DNA of 64,000 bases, from NCBI GenBank assembly GCA_963708135.1, contig OY970192.1:128001-192000 (forward strand). Reading direction: 5' to 3'. Under the pieces are notes generated by a model. It saw only the letters and a list, made by a program, of their open reading frames with translations, searched no databases and was not told where the DNA came from. The position numbers were made by a program, and so were the translations under genes. The number at the start of each line of letters is the position of its first letter. Position 1 is the stretch's first letter. The DNA is from an uncultured Gemmatimonadales bacterium (GTDB lineage Bacteria; Gemmatimonadota; Gemmatimonadetes; Longimicrobiales; RSA9). This document shows positions 18,266-26,700 of the stretch, piece by piece.

Positions 18266-19942
18266 TTGGCGGAGGACCGACAGCAGCAACGCCGGCTGAT
18301 CCTGGACACGATCTTTCTGGGCGTGGCCGGCGCCCTGGCCGCGCAGGTGTTCACGTTCATGGTCCGGCTCGCCGACCGGGTCTTCCTCGGCCACATCGCG
18401 TTTTACACACCGCCCGGCATCCCCGCGGAAGGGGGCGCCGCGCAGCAGGTGATCGGGCCGTACGGGCTGTGGCTGGTCCCGCTCGCGACGACGCTCGGCG
18501 GGCTTATCGTCGGGATCCTGATCGAGCGCGTCGCGCCCGAGGCGGAGGGGCACGGGACCGGCACGGTGGTACGCTCGTTCCACCGCGCGGAGGGCTTCCT
18601 GCGGGCGCGCGTGCCGCCGGTCAAGACGCTGGCCTCGGCGATCACGATCGGCTCGGGCGGCTCGGCCGGCCGCGAGGGGCCGATCGCGCTGATCACGGCC
18701 GGCCTCGGCTCCTGGTACGCCACGGCGACGCGCCGCCCGGACTCCGAGCGGCGCCTCCTGCTGCTGATCGGCATGGCGGCCGGCCTGGCGGCGATCTTCC
18801 GCTCACCCGTCGGAACGGCGCTCTTCGCCATCGAGGTGCTCTACTCCGACATGGTCTTCGAGACCGGCGCACTGCTCTACACGATGCTCGCGTCGATCAT
18901 CGCCTATGCCGTGAACGGCATCTTCGTCGGCTACCGCCCACTCTTCCTCGTCCCCGCCAACATCTCGCTCGCCGGCGCGCTGGACTACGCGGGGTACGTG
19001 CTGCTCGGCGTGGCGGCCGGGCTCATGGCGATCCTGATCCCGGTCGTCTTCTACGGCACCCGGGACCTGTTCCGCCGGTTGCCGATCCGCCGCTTTCTGA
19101 AGCCTGCGCTCGGCGGGCTGGGGCTCGGCCTGCTGGCCATCGCGTTTCCACAGGTGATCGGCGGCGGCTACGGCTGGATGCAGATGGCGATCGACGGCCG
19201 GCTCACGCTGCTGACCATGCTGCTGCTCATGTTCGCCAAGCTGGTCGGGCTGAGCCTGACGGTCTCCTCGGGCGGCTCCGGCGGCGTGTTCGCGCCCACC
19301 CTGTTCGTGGGGGCCATGCTGGGAGGGTTCCTCGCGGCGGTGCTGCACGAGCCCGCGGCGCCCTTCGTGGTGGTGGGGATGGGCGCGGTCTTCGGCGGCG
19401 CCGCGCACGTGCCGATCGCCACGCTCATGATGGTCACGGAGATGACCGGCGGCTACACGCTGCTCGTCCCCGGCGCCCTGGCGATCATGATCAGCTACCT
19501 CGTGCAGACCCGCTTCTCCGGCCGGCTCCGCTACCGCAGCCTGTACGAGGCGCAGGTGCCGAGCCGCGCGGACTCGCCCGCACACCATGCCGAGCACCTG
19601 CAGATCGCGCTCAGGATCCTGAAGGAGCGCGGCGTCTCCAACACGCCCGAGATGGGCCAGTTCGACCTGCTCTCCTTGCTGCGCTCCGGGATCCCGGCCG
19701 AGCTGCCCGGAGACCGGCGCCTCACCATCGGCGTGCTCAAGGCGGACAGCCCCTACGCCGGCAAGCCGATCCCGGGCGAGGGTGGCCAGCTGGACCCCGA
19801 CAGCTCGATCCTCGCCATCATCCGCGGCGAGCACATGATGGCCCCCCGGCCGGACACGGTGCTCGAGCCGGGGGACCGGCTCTTCGTCGTGACGACCGCG
19901 GAGGGGCTGGAGCGGCTCAGCGAGCACATGGACCGCTGGTAG
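18266..19942 (+). CDS. ClC-family chloride channel/transporter with C-terminal TrkA-C (RCK_C) domain
   Basis: GSAGREGP, GGVFAP and EMTGGY motifs; C-terminal IIRGEHMMAPRPDTVLEPGD. TTG start. Confidence 0.9.
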   Translation: MAEDRQQQRRLILDTIFLGVAGALAAQVFTFMVRLADRVFLGHIAFYTPPGIPAEGGAAQQVIGPYGLWLVPLATTLGGLIVGILIERVAPEAEGHGTGTVVRSFHRAEGFLRARVPPVKTLASAITIGSGGSAGREGPIALITAGLGSWYATATRRPDSERRLLLLIGMAAGLAAIFRSPVGTALFAIEVLYSDMVFETGALLYTMLASIIAYAVNGIFVGYRPLFLVPANISLAGALDYAGYVLLGVAAGLMAILIPVVFYGTRDLFRRLPIRRFLKPALGGLGLGLLAIAFPQVIGGGYGWMQMAIDGRLTLLTMLLLMFAKLVGLSLTVSSGGSGGVFAPTLFVGAMLGGFLAAVLHEPAAPFVVVGMGAVFGGAAHVPIATLMMVTEMTGGYTLLVPGALAIMISYLVQTRFSGRLRYRSLYEAQVPSRADSPAHHAEHLQIALRILKERGVSNTPEMGQFDLLSLLRSGIPAELPGDRRLTIGVLKADSPYAGKPIPGEGGQLDPDSSILAIIRGEHMMAPRPDTVLEPGDRLFVVTTAEGLERLSEHMDRW

Positions 19943-20036
19943 CGCGCCGCCCCGACGCGCCGCGGGGGCCTGAGAGGCGTCGGCGGAGGTGCGTCGGGGG
20001 ACGGCATCCGGGGGGATGGGCGTGGCGTGCGCGGGC

Positions 20037-20324
20037 TCAGCCCACGATCTGCTTGCGGGGGACCAGGGGCTTCGAGTCGGAGAGGCGCTCCATGAACTGG
20101 AGGCGGTCCTCGATGCGGTCCATCCGGCTGTCGAGCTGCTCGAGCACCGTGTTGATCCGCGTCCACTGCGCGTCGGAGAGCTGCGAGGCGGCACCGCCCT
20201 GCGCGAGGCTGGTGCGCTCGCGCGCGAGCGCCTCCAGCAGCACGCCCAGGCGCTTCGTGACCGGCCGCAGGATCGCCACCGCGGCCACGGAGAGGAAGAA
20301 GAAGATCGGGACGAGCGCGTCCAT
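20037..20324 (-). CDS. Small membrane-anchored coiled-coil protein
   Basis: N-terminal TM helix, coiled coil ending IEDRLQFMERL; AAGGA RBS. Confidence 0.65.
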   Translation of the reverse strand: MDALVPIFFFLSVAAVAILRPVTKRLGVLLEALARERTSLAQGGAASQLSDAQWTRINTVLEQLDSRMDRIEDRLQFMERLSDSKPLVPRKQIVG

Positions 20325-20405
20325 GGCGTACCGTTCCTTTGCCGGGTCGACCTGCCCGGACCCTACGCGCCGCCCCCCGCGCGGGTTTCGCAGGCCGGTC
20401 CGCGC

Positions 20406-20846
20406 TCACGCCTCCGGGTCGATGAGGTCGAGTCCCGTGGTCTCATCCTTCCGCCGTCGCAGCGCTGCCGGGTCCTCCGTGAGCATCAACTCCAGCGTCG
20501 GCCGGACGTGCGCCTCCAGCAGGTGCCCGCCCATGGCGCTGCCGTCGCGGCGGGCCACGACCACGTGCGCGTGGACCATGGCCGAGCCGTCCTCCTTGCG
20601 CGCCACGTTGCCGACGAGGGAGACCACCTCGACCTGCTCATCGACGGGGTTCTCCTCGTAGCTCCTGGTGTCCCAGTTCCAGTAGCCGAGCTTCGCATCC
20701 CGGAAGGCCCCCAGGGCCGTGAAGTGGGCGCCGTCGAGGTCGTTCTCCTCGGCGAAGCGGGTGAGGGTGTCGTTCACCTCGTCGCCGATCTCGAAGATGA
20801 GCGCGTAGGTGCGCTCCGTGCCACTGTCGAGCAGCTTGGACTTCAT
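20406..20846 (-). CDS. PPC/DUF296-domain protein
   Basis: EVVSLVGN, HAHVVV, GGHL and VRPTLE motifs. Confidence 0.88.
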   Translation of the reverse strand: MKSKLLDSGTERTYALIFEIGDEVNDTLTRFAEENDLDGAHFTALGAFRDAKLGYWNWDTRSYEENPVDEQVEVVSLVGNVARKEDGSAMVHAHVVVARRDGSAMGGHLLEAHVRPTLELMLTEDPAALRRRKDETTGLDLIDPEA

Positions 20847-23800
20847 CGGTCCTTCCCGTTCCTCTTCATCAGCCAGGTGATCCCGCCCGCCAGGGCGAGC
20901 GTCGCGCCGACGCCGATGGCGAGGGCGGCGGGGGAGCGCGTCGAGCGCCGCACCTGCGGCGGCGTGAGCCGGTCGAGGCGCCGCTCGGGCGGCTCGCCGG
21001 CCGCGGGCAGGCGCTGCCGGTTCATGCCGAGCCGGATCAGCTCGGCCAGGTGAAGCGGACGGCGTCCGGCGCCCTCCATCACCTGCTCGCGGCAGCTGAA
21101 GCCGTCCGCCACCAGCACGGTGTCGCGGTCGGCGTTCCGGGCGGCGGGGAGCAGCACCTGCTCGCCGATGGCCATGGAGACGTCGTAGTGGCCCTGCTCG
21201 AACCCGAAGGAGCCGGCCAGTCCGCAGCAGCCCGACTGGAGCTCCTCGAAATCGAGGCCGAGCGCGTTCAGCACCTTCTTCTCCGGGCCCATCTTCATGA
21301 TGGCCTTGTGGTGGCAGTGCCCGTGCACGATGGCGCGCATCCCCTCCATGTTCGGGAGCGAGAAGCTCTCGGGCGCACGCTCCGTCAGGAACTCGGCCAG
21401 CGTGCAGGTCTGGTCGCGCAGGCGCTTGGCGTCCTCGTCGTGCGGGAGCATGCCGATCAACTCGTCGCGGAATACGGAGGTGCAGCTCGGCTCGAGCCCC
21501 ACGACGCGCACGCCGGAACGGATGGCGGGGCGCAGCTCGTCCACAATGCGCTCGAGAAACCGCTTCGCCAGGTCGAGCATGCCGTAGTCGTAGAGGGGGC
21601 GGCCGCAGCACAGCTGCGCCTTCGGCACGATGACCTGGAACCCGGCCGACTCGAGCACCTCCGTGGCGGCGATCAGCGTCTCGGGGAAGAAGTGGTTGTT
21701 GAAGGTGTCGGGCCAGAGGATCACGGGCACGTGCCCCTGGTTCACGGGCGCGCGCTCGCCGAACCAGTCGCGGAAGGTATGGTCGGCGAACATCGGGATC
21801 TGGCGCTCCGGCGTGATCCCGGCCACCGCGTGCGCGACTCGCTTGAGCCCGGGCGCGTGGGTGAGGAAGTTGACCAGGCGCGGGATCCGCTTCGCGATGC
21901 GCGCCCACACCATGATCAGCCCGAAGGCGTAGGCGTAGCGGGGGCGTAGCCGCCCCTCGTAGTAGTGCGAGAGGAACTCGGCCTTGTAGGTGGCGATGTC
22001 CACGTTCACGGGGCAGTCGCCCTTGCACCCCTTGCACGCGAGACACAGGTCGAGCGAGTCCTTCACCTCCTCGCTCTTCCAGCCGTCCGTGATCACCTCG
22101 CCCTGGAGCATCTCGAAGAGCAGGTGGGCGCGGCCGCGCGTCGTGTCCTTCTCCTCCATCGTCACCTGATAGCTCGGGCACATCGTTCCGCCGCCCTTGC
22201 GCCGGCACTTGCCCACGCCCACGCAGCGCAGCGTCGCGTGCGCGAAGCTGCCCTGGTCCTGTGGGAAGCTGAAGTGCGTCTCCGGCGTCCACGGCGCGTA
22301 GTCCTCGCCCAGCCGCAGGTTCTGCACGCGCGCGTACGGGTCCACGACCTTGCCGGGGTTCATCTTCCAGTCGGGGTCCCAGGTGCGCTTGAAGTCGCGG
22401 AACGCCTGCACCAGCCGGGGCCCGTACATGACATCGAGCAGGTCGCCGCGCGCCTGGCCGTCGCCGTGCTCGCCGGAGAGCGAGCCGCCGTACTTGTGGA
22501 CGACGAGCTCGGCCGCCTCGCGGGTGAACGCCTGATAGCGCTCGATGCCGTCGGCGGAGGTCAGGTCGAAGTCGATGCGCGTGTGGATGCAGCCCTGCCC
22601 GAAGTGGCCGTAGAGCGAGCACTGGTAGCCGTACTTGTCGAAGAGCTGGCGCAGGTCGCGCAGGTACGGCGCGACGCTGTCCACCGGCACGGCGGAGTCC
22701 TCCCAGCCCGGCCAGGTGTCGGGGTCGCCCGGGATGAACGCGGTCGCGCCGAGCCCGGACTCGCGCACCTCCCAGACCTTCGACTCCTTCTCGTCGTCGT
22801 CGTAGAGGCGCATGGCGGGCGGGTTCTTCTCCGCCTCCAACGCGGCCATGCAGGCGCGGGCGCTGGTGTCCGCCTCCTCCTTGGTGTCGCCGCGAAACTC
22901 GACCAGCAGCCAGCCGTTGCCGTCGGGGAGCAGGTCGAGGTCCTCCACCCGCAGCCCCTTCTCCTTCATGTCGTTGATGAGGTTGTCGTCGATGCCCTCG
23001 AGCCCGATCGGCTTGAAGTCGCGGATGCGGGTCACGTGGCTCGCGGCGTCGTAGACATCGTCGTAGCCCATGACCACCAGGCTGCGCGCGCGCGGGTTCT
23101 CAATGAGCGTGACCCTGGCCTCCAGCACGAAGACGCACGTGCCCTCGGTGCCGACCAGCGCGCGCGCCACGTTGAAGCCGTTCTCCGGCAGCAGCCAGTA
23201 CAGGTTGTAGCCCGAGACGCGGCGCAGGATGTCAGGATAGCCGGTGCGGATGTCCTCGGCGTAGCGGTCGCGCAGGTCGCGCAGGTCGCGGTAGATCTCG
23301 CCCTTCCGCCCGCCCGCGGCGATGATGCGCTCGAGCTCGTCCTCCGCGGTGGGGCCGACCCTCATGCGCACGCCGTCGTAGGTCAGCACCTCGAGCTCGA
23401 GCACCTGGTGCTCGGTGCGCGGGCCGGGCCCGTAGAACTCGGCCATGACCGAGTGGATGCCGCACGAGTTGTTGCCGATCATGCCGCCCAGCACGCAATG
23501 GTTGTGCGTGGCCGGATCCGGCCCGTAGGTGAGGCCGTGCTCGCCCGCCGCGTCGCGCAGGTCGTCCAGGATCGTGCCCGGCTGCACGCGCGCCCAGCGC
23601 TCCTTCGCGTTCACCTCCAGCACGTCGTTCACGTATTTCGAGGTGTCGATCACCACGGCATGGTTGCAGCACTGGCCGCCCAGGCTGGTGCCGCCGCCGC
23701 GCGGCAGCACGGGCGCGCCATGGCGGTGCGCGATCCGGACGGCCTCGACGATGTCCTCCACATCGCGCGGCAGCACCACGCCGATCGGCGGCTGGCGGTA

Positions 23801-23983
23801 GTTCGAGGCGTCCGCGGCCCACAGCGCACGGTCGCCGTCGCCGAAGCGGACTTCGCCGCGCAGCGTGGCCGAGAGCTCCGCCTCGAGCGCGGCGACATCG
23901 ACCTCGGCCGCGCCGGCCCGGGGCGCCGGGCCCACGCCCAGCATCCGCCCGCGCCGCCGCTGGGCCGCCCCGGGGAGGCTCAT
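20843..23983 (-). CDS. FAD-binding and Fe-S oxidoreductase (YdiJ/GlcD-GlcF fusion; D-2-hydroxyacid dehydrogenase-like)
   Basis: RGGGTSLGGQ, SGEHGDG, CVGVGKC, CLACKGCKGDC and two CCG domains; C-terminal hydrophobic helix. Confidence 0.88.
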   Translation of the reverse strand: MSLPGAAQRRRGRMLGVGPAPRAGAAEVDVAALEAELSATLRGEVRFGDGDRALWAADASNYRQPPIGVVLPRDVEDIVEAVRIAHRHGAPVLPRGGGTSLGGQCCNHAVVIDTSKYVNDVLEVNAKERWARVQPGTILDDLRDAAGEHGLTYGPDPATHNHCVLGGMIGNNSCGIHSVMAEFYGPGPRTEHQVLELEVLTYDGVRMRVGPTAEDELERIIAAGGRKGEIYRDLRDLRDRYAEDIRTGYPDILRRVSGYNLYWLLPENGFNVARALVGTEGTCVFVLEARVTLIENPRARSLVVMGYDDVYDAASHVTRIRDFKPIGLEGIDDNLINDMKEKGLRVEDLDLLPDGNGWLLVEFRGDTKEEADTSARACMAALEAEKNPPAMRLYDDDEKESKVWEVRESGLGATAFIPGDPDTWPGWEDSAVPVDSVAPYLRDLRQLFDKYGYQCSLYGHFGQGCIHTRIDFDLTSADGIERYQAFTREAAELVVHKYGGSLSGEHGDGQARGDLLDVMYGPRLVQAFRDFKRTWDPDWKMNPGKVVDPYARVQNLRLGEDYAPWTPETHFSFPQDQGSFAHATLRCVGVGKCRRKGGGTMCPSYQVTMEEKDTTRGRAHLLFEMLQGEVITDGWKSEEVKDSLDLCLACKGCKGDCPVNVDIATYKAEFLSHYYEGRLRPRYAYAFGLIMVWARIAKRIPRLVNFLTHAPGLKRVAHAVAGITPERQIPMFADHTFRDWFGERAPVNQGHVPVILWPDTFNNHFFPETLIAATEVLESAGFQVIVPKAQLCCGRPLYDYGMLDLAKRFLERIVDELRPAIRSGVRVVGLEPSCTSVFRDELIGMLPHDEDAKRLRDQTCTLAEFLTERAPESFSLPNMEGMRAIVHGHCHHKAIMKMGPEKKVLNALGLDFEELQSGCCGLAGSFGFEQGHYDVSMAIGEQVLLPAARNADRDTVLVADGFSCREQVMEGAGRRPLHLAELIRLGMNRQRLPAAGEPPERRLDRLTPPQVRRSTRSPAALAIGVGATLALAGGITWLMKRNGKDR

Positions 23984-25782
23984 CAGGACTCCTCCCCGCC
24001 GCCGTGGGGGAGGTAGCTCTCGACCATGTCCTTGGTGGACTGCTTCAGCACGCGCCAGCGGTGCGGGTCGCCCTTGGCCATGGAAACCACGAAGCCGCGG
24101 GCCTGCTTGAAGGTGATGTGCGGCGGCAGCGGCGGAACCTCGGGGTCCGTGGTCACGGCGACGACGCACGGCCGGTCCGCGGCGAGCGCCTCGCGCAGCC
24201 CGGGCCCGATGTCGGCGGGCTTCTCGATCGAGATGCCCTTGAGGCCGAGCCGCTCGGCGAAGCCGGCGAAGTCCACGTAGGGCAGATCCTGCGAGCCCTC
24301 GAACTTCGGGTCGCCGGACATGACGCGCTGCTCCCAGGTGACCTGGTTCAGGTCCAGGTTGACCAGGATCACGATCATGAGTCGCGGGTCCTTCCACGTC
24401 TTCCAGTACTTGGCGATGGTGATCAGCCCGTTGATGCCGTTCATCTGCATGGCGCCGTCGCCGACACAGGCGATGACGGGGCGGTCCGGGTGCGCGAACT
24501 TGGCGCCGATCGAATACGGCACGCCGGGCCCCATGGTGGCCAGGTTGCCGGAGAGCGAGGCCATCATGCCGCGCCGGACCTTCAGGTCGCGCGCCCACCA
24601 GTTGGCGGCCGAGCCGGAGTCGGAGGCCAGGATCGCGTCGTCGGGGAGCAGCGGACTGAGCTCCCAGAAGACGCGCTGCGGGTTGATCGGGTCGGCGCTG
24701 TTCATCGCGCGCGCCTCCAGCACCTCCCACCAGTCCTTCACTCCGCCCTCGATCTTGTCGCGCCAGGAGCGGTCCTCCTTCCGGTCGAGCATCGGGACGA
24801 GCGCGCGCAGCGTCGGGGCGGCGTCGCCGCACAGGTTCACGTCCATCGGGAAGCGCAGCCCCAGCATGCGCGGCTTGATGTCGATCTGCACGCCCTTCGC
24901 CTGCCCCTCCTGCGGCAGGAACTCCGCGTAGGGGAAGCCGGAGCCGATCATGAACAGCGTGTCGCAGTCCATCATCAGGTCCCAACTCGGCTTCGTGCCC
25001 AGCAGCCCGATGGCGCCCGTGCAGTAGGGCAGCGCATCCGGGATCACCGCCTTGCCGAGCAGCGCCTTGGCGACGCCGGCGCCGAGAAGCTCGGCGACCT
25101 CCTCCACCTCCCTCGAGGCGCCGAGGGCGCCCGCGCCGACCAGCATCGCCACCTTCTGCCCCTGGTTCAGGATGTCCGCCGCGCGGCGCAGGTCCGCCTC
25201 TTCAGGCACCACGCGCGGGAAGGAGTAGCCAACCCCCGTGAAGGTGTTGCCGTGCGCGCGGCTCGGCTCCGTGTAATCCATCTCCTGCACGTCGTTCGGG
25301 AAGATGATCGTCGTGACGCAGCGCTCGGCCTTGGCAATGCGGATGGCGCGGTCCACCAGCTGGCGCGCCTGCGCGGGCGTCGAGCACATGTGCACGTACG
25401 GGCCCGCGACATCCTTGAAGAGCGAGATCAGGTCCACCTCCTGCTGGTAGTCCGCGCCCAGCGCCGTGGTGGCCTGCTGGCCCACGATGGCGACGACGGA
25501 CTGGTGGTCCATCTTCGCGTCGTAGAGGCCGTTCAGCAGGTGGATCGCGCCCGGGCCCGACGTGGCCATGCACACGCCGACCTCGCCCGAGAACTTCGAG
25601 TGGGCGCACGCCTGGAAGGCCGCCAGCTCCTCGTGCCGCGGCTGTACGAACTGGATGGCGTCGCCGGCCCGCTCGATGGCGCCGATGATCCCGTTGATCC
25701 CGTCGCCGGGGTAGCCGAAGATGCGGTGGATGCCCCACTGCTGGAGGCGCTCGATGACGAAGTCGCCGACGGTCTGGCCCAT
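23983..25782 (-). CDS. Thiamine-pyrophosphate-requiring enzyme (pyruvate oxidase/PoxB-like)
   Basis: GYPGDG, RHEE, TSGPGAIHLLNGLYDA and the GDGAMQM...N TPP-binding motif. Confidence 0.9.
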   Translation of the reverse strand: MGQTVGDFVIERLQQWGIHRIFGYPGDGINGIIGAIERAGDAIQFVQPRHEELAAFQACAHSKFSGEVGVCMATSGPGAIHLLNGLYDAKMDHQSVVAIVGQQATTALGADYQQEVDLISLFKDVAGPYVHMCSTPAQARQLVDRAIRIAKAERCVTTIIFPNDVQEMDYTEPSRAHGNTFTGVGYSFPRVVPEEADLRRAADILNQGQKVAMLVGAGALGASREVEEVAELLGAGVAKALLGKAVIPDALPYCTGAIGLLGTKPSWDLMMDCDTLFMIGSGFPYAEFLPQEGQAKGVQIDIKPRMLGLRFPMDVNLCGDAAPTLRALVPMLDRKEDRSWRDKIEGGVKDWWEVLEARAMNSADPINPQRVFWELSPLLPDDAILASDSGSAANWWARDLKVRRGMMASLSGNLATMGPGVPYSIGAKFAHPDRPVIACVGDGAMQMNGINGLITIAKYWKTWKDPRLMIVILVNLDLNQVTWEQRVMSGDPKFEGSQDLPYVDFAGFAERLGLKGISIEKPADIGPGLREALAADRPCVVAVTTDPEVPPLPPHITFKQARGFVVSMAKGDPHRWRVLKQSTKDMVESYLPHGGGEES

Positions 25783-26039
25783 GGGTTCTCCTCTTCCCTG
25801 ATTCGCCGCAGATCCCTGGTTCGCGTCTGTTCCATCGTCGCATCCCCTGTGCCATGGATCCCTGGCTCGGATGCGGATCGGCCGGCCCGTCCTGCGCCCC
25901 GGACGCGGCCGCGCGCGCGGCGACCATCGGATCGCTTCTTGCAATCCGGCAGCGCCGCCTCGAATGGACATTGAAGAAGAAGGAGAAACGAAGGGCCCGG
26001 GCAGCGCATGGCGGCGCGCCCGCGGCGCCGAGAATCTGC

Positions 26040-26690
26040 ATGCCCCAACTATTCTCCCGCACTTCCAACTCCGCGATTCGCGTCGTCCTGTTCGTGGGCA
26101 TTGTCGGTGCGCTGGCCACTCCGGTCATCCTCATGGGCTGGGCCCGCACGCCGTACTACACGGGGCAGGATGATCCCGTCGAGCAGCCGATCCCCTTCGA
26201 CCACCGGCACCACGTCCGCGACGACGGCATCGACTGCATGTACTGCCACTACCTGGCGAAGAGCACGCCGTACGCGGGCGTCCCGCCGACCTCCGTCTGC
26301 CTCAACTGCCACGCCCAGATCTGGAGCCAGTCGGCCTTCCTGCAGCCGGTGTGGAACAGCTACCTGACCGGCCGGCCGATTCGCTGGCGGCGGATCAACA
26401 GCGTGCCGGACTTCGTCTACTTCGACCACTCGATCCACGTGCGGAAGGGCGTCGGCTGCGAGACGTGCCACGGGCGGGTCGATCTGATGGGCCGCGTCTA
26501 CCAGGCCAGGCCTCTGAACATGGGGTGGTGCCTGGAGTGCCACCGTGACCCGGCCAAGTACCTGCGGCCGGTCGAGGATGTGACGGAGATGGGCTACGAG
26601 CCAGCGCGGCCCCAGTCCGTGCTGGGGCCCATGCTGATGAAGAAATACAACGTACGGAGCAGGACCGACTGCACGACGTGTCACCGCTGA
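26040..26690 (+). CDS. actA: Alternative complex III pentaheme cytochrome c ActA
   Basis: Five CxxCH motifs (CMYCH, CLNCH, CETCH, CLECH, CTTCH), N-terminal TM, QPIPFDHRHH. Confidence 0.92.
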   Translation: MPQLFSRTSNSAIRVVLFVGIVGALATPVILMGWARTPYYTGQDDPVEQPIPFDHRHHVRDDGIDCMYCHYLAKSTPYAGVPPTSVCLNCHAQIWSQSAFLQPVWNSYLTGRPIRWRRINSVPDFVYFDHSIHVRKGVGCETCHGRVDLMGRVYQARPLNMGWCLECHRDPAKYLRPVEDVTEMGYEPARPQSVLGPMLMKKYNVRSRTDCTTCHR

Positions 26691-26700
26691 GGTGGAGCCA

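Noticed and set aside
18266..19942. Fluoride-specific CLC-F exporter
   Set aside because: It lacks the GNNLI/GREGT signatures, and I recognised no fluoride riboswitch upstream.
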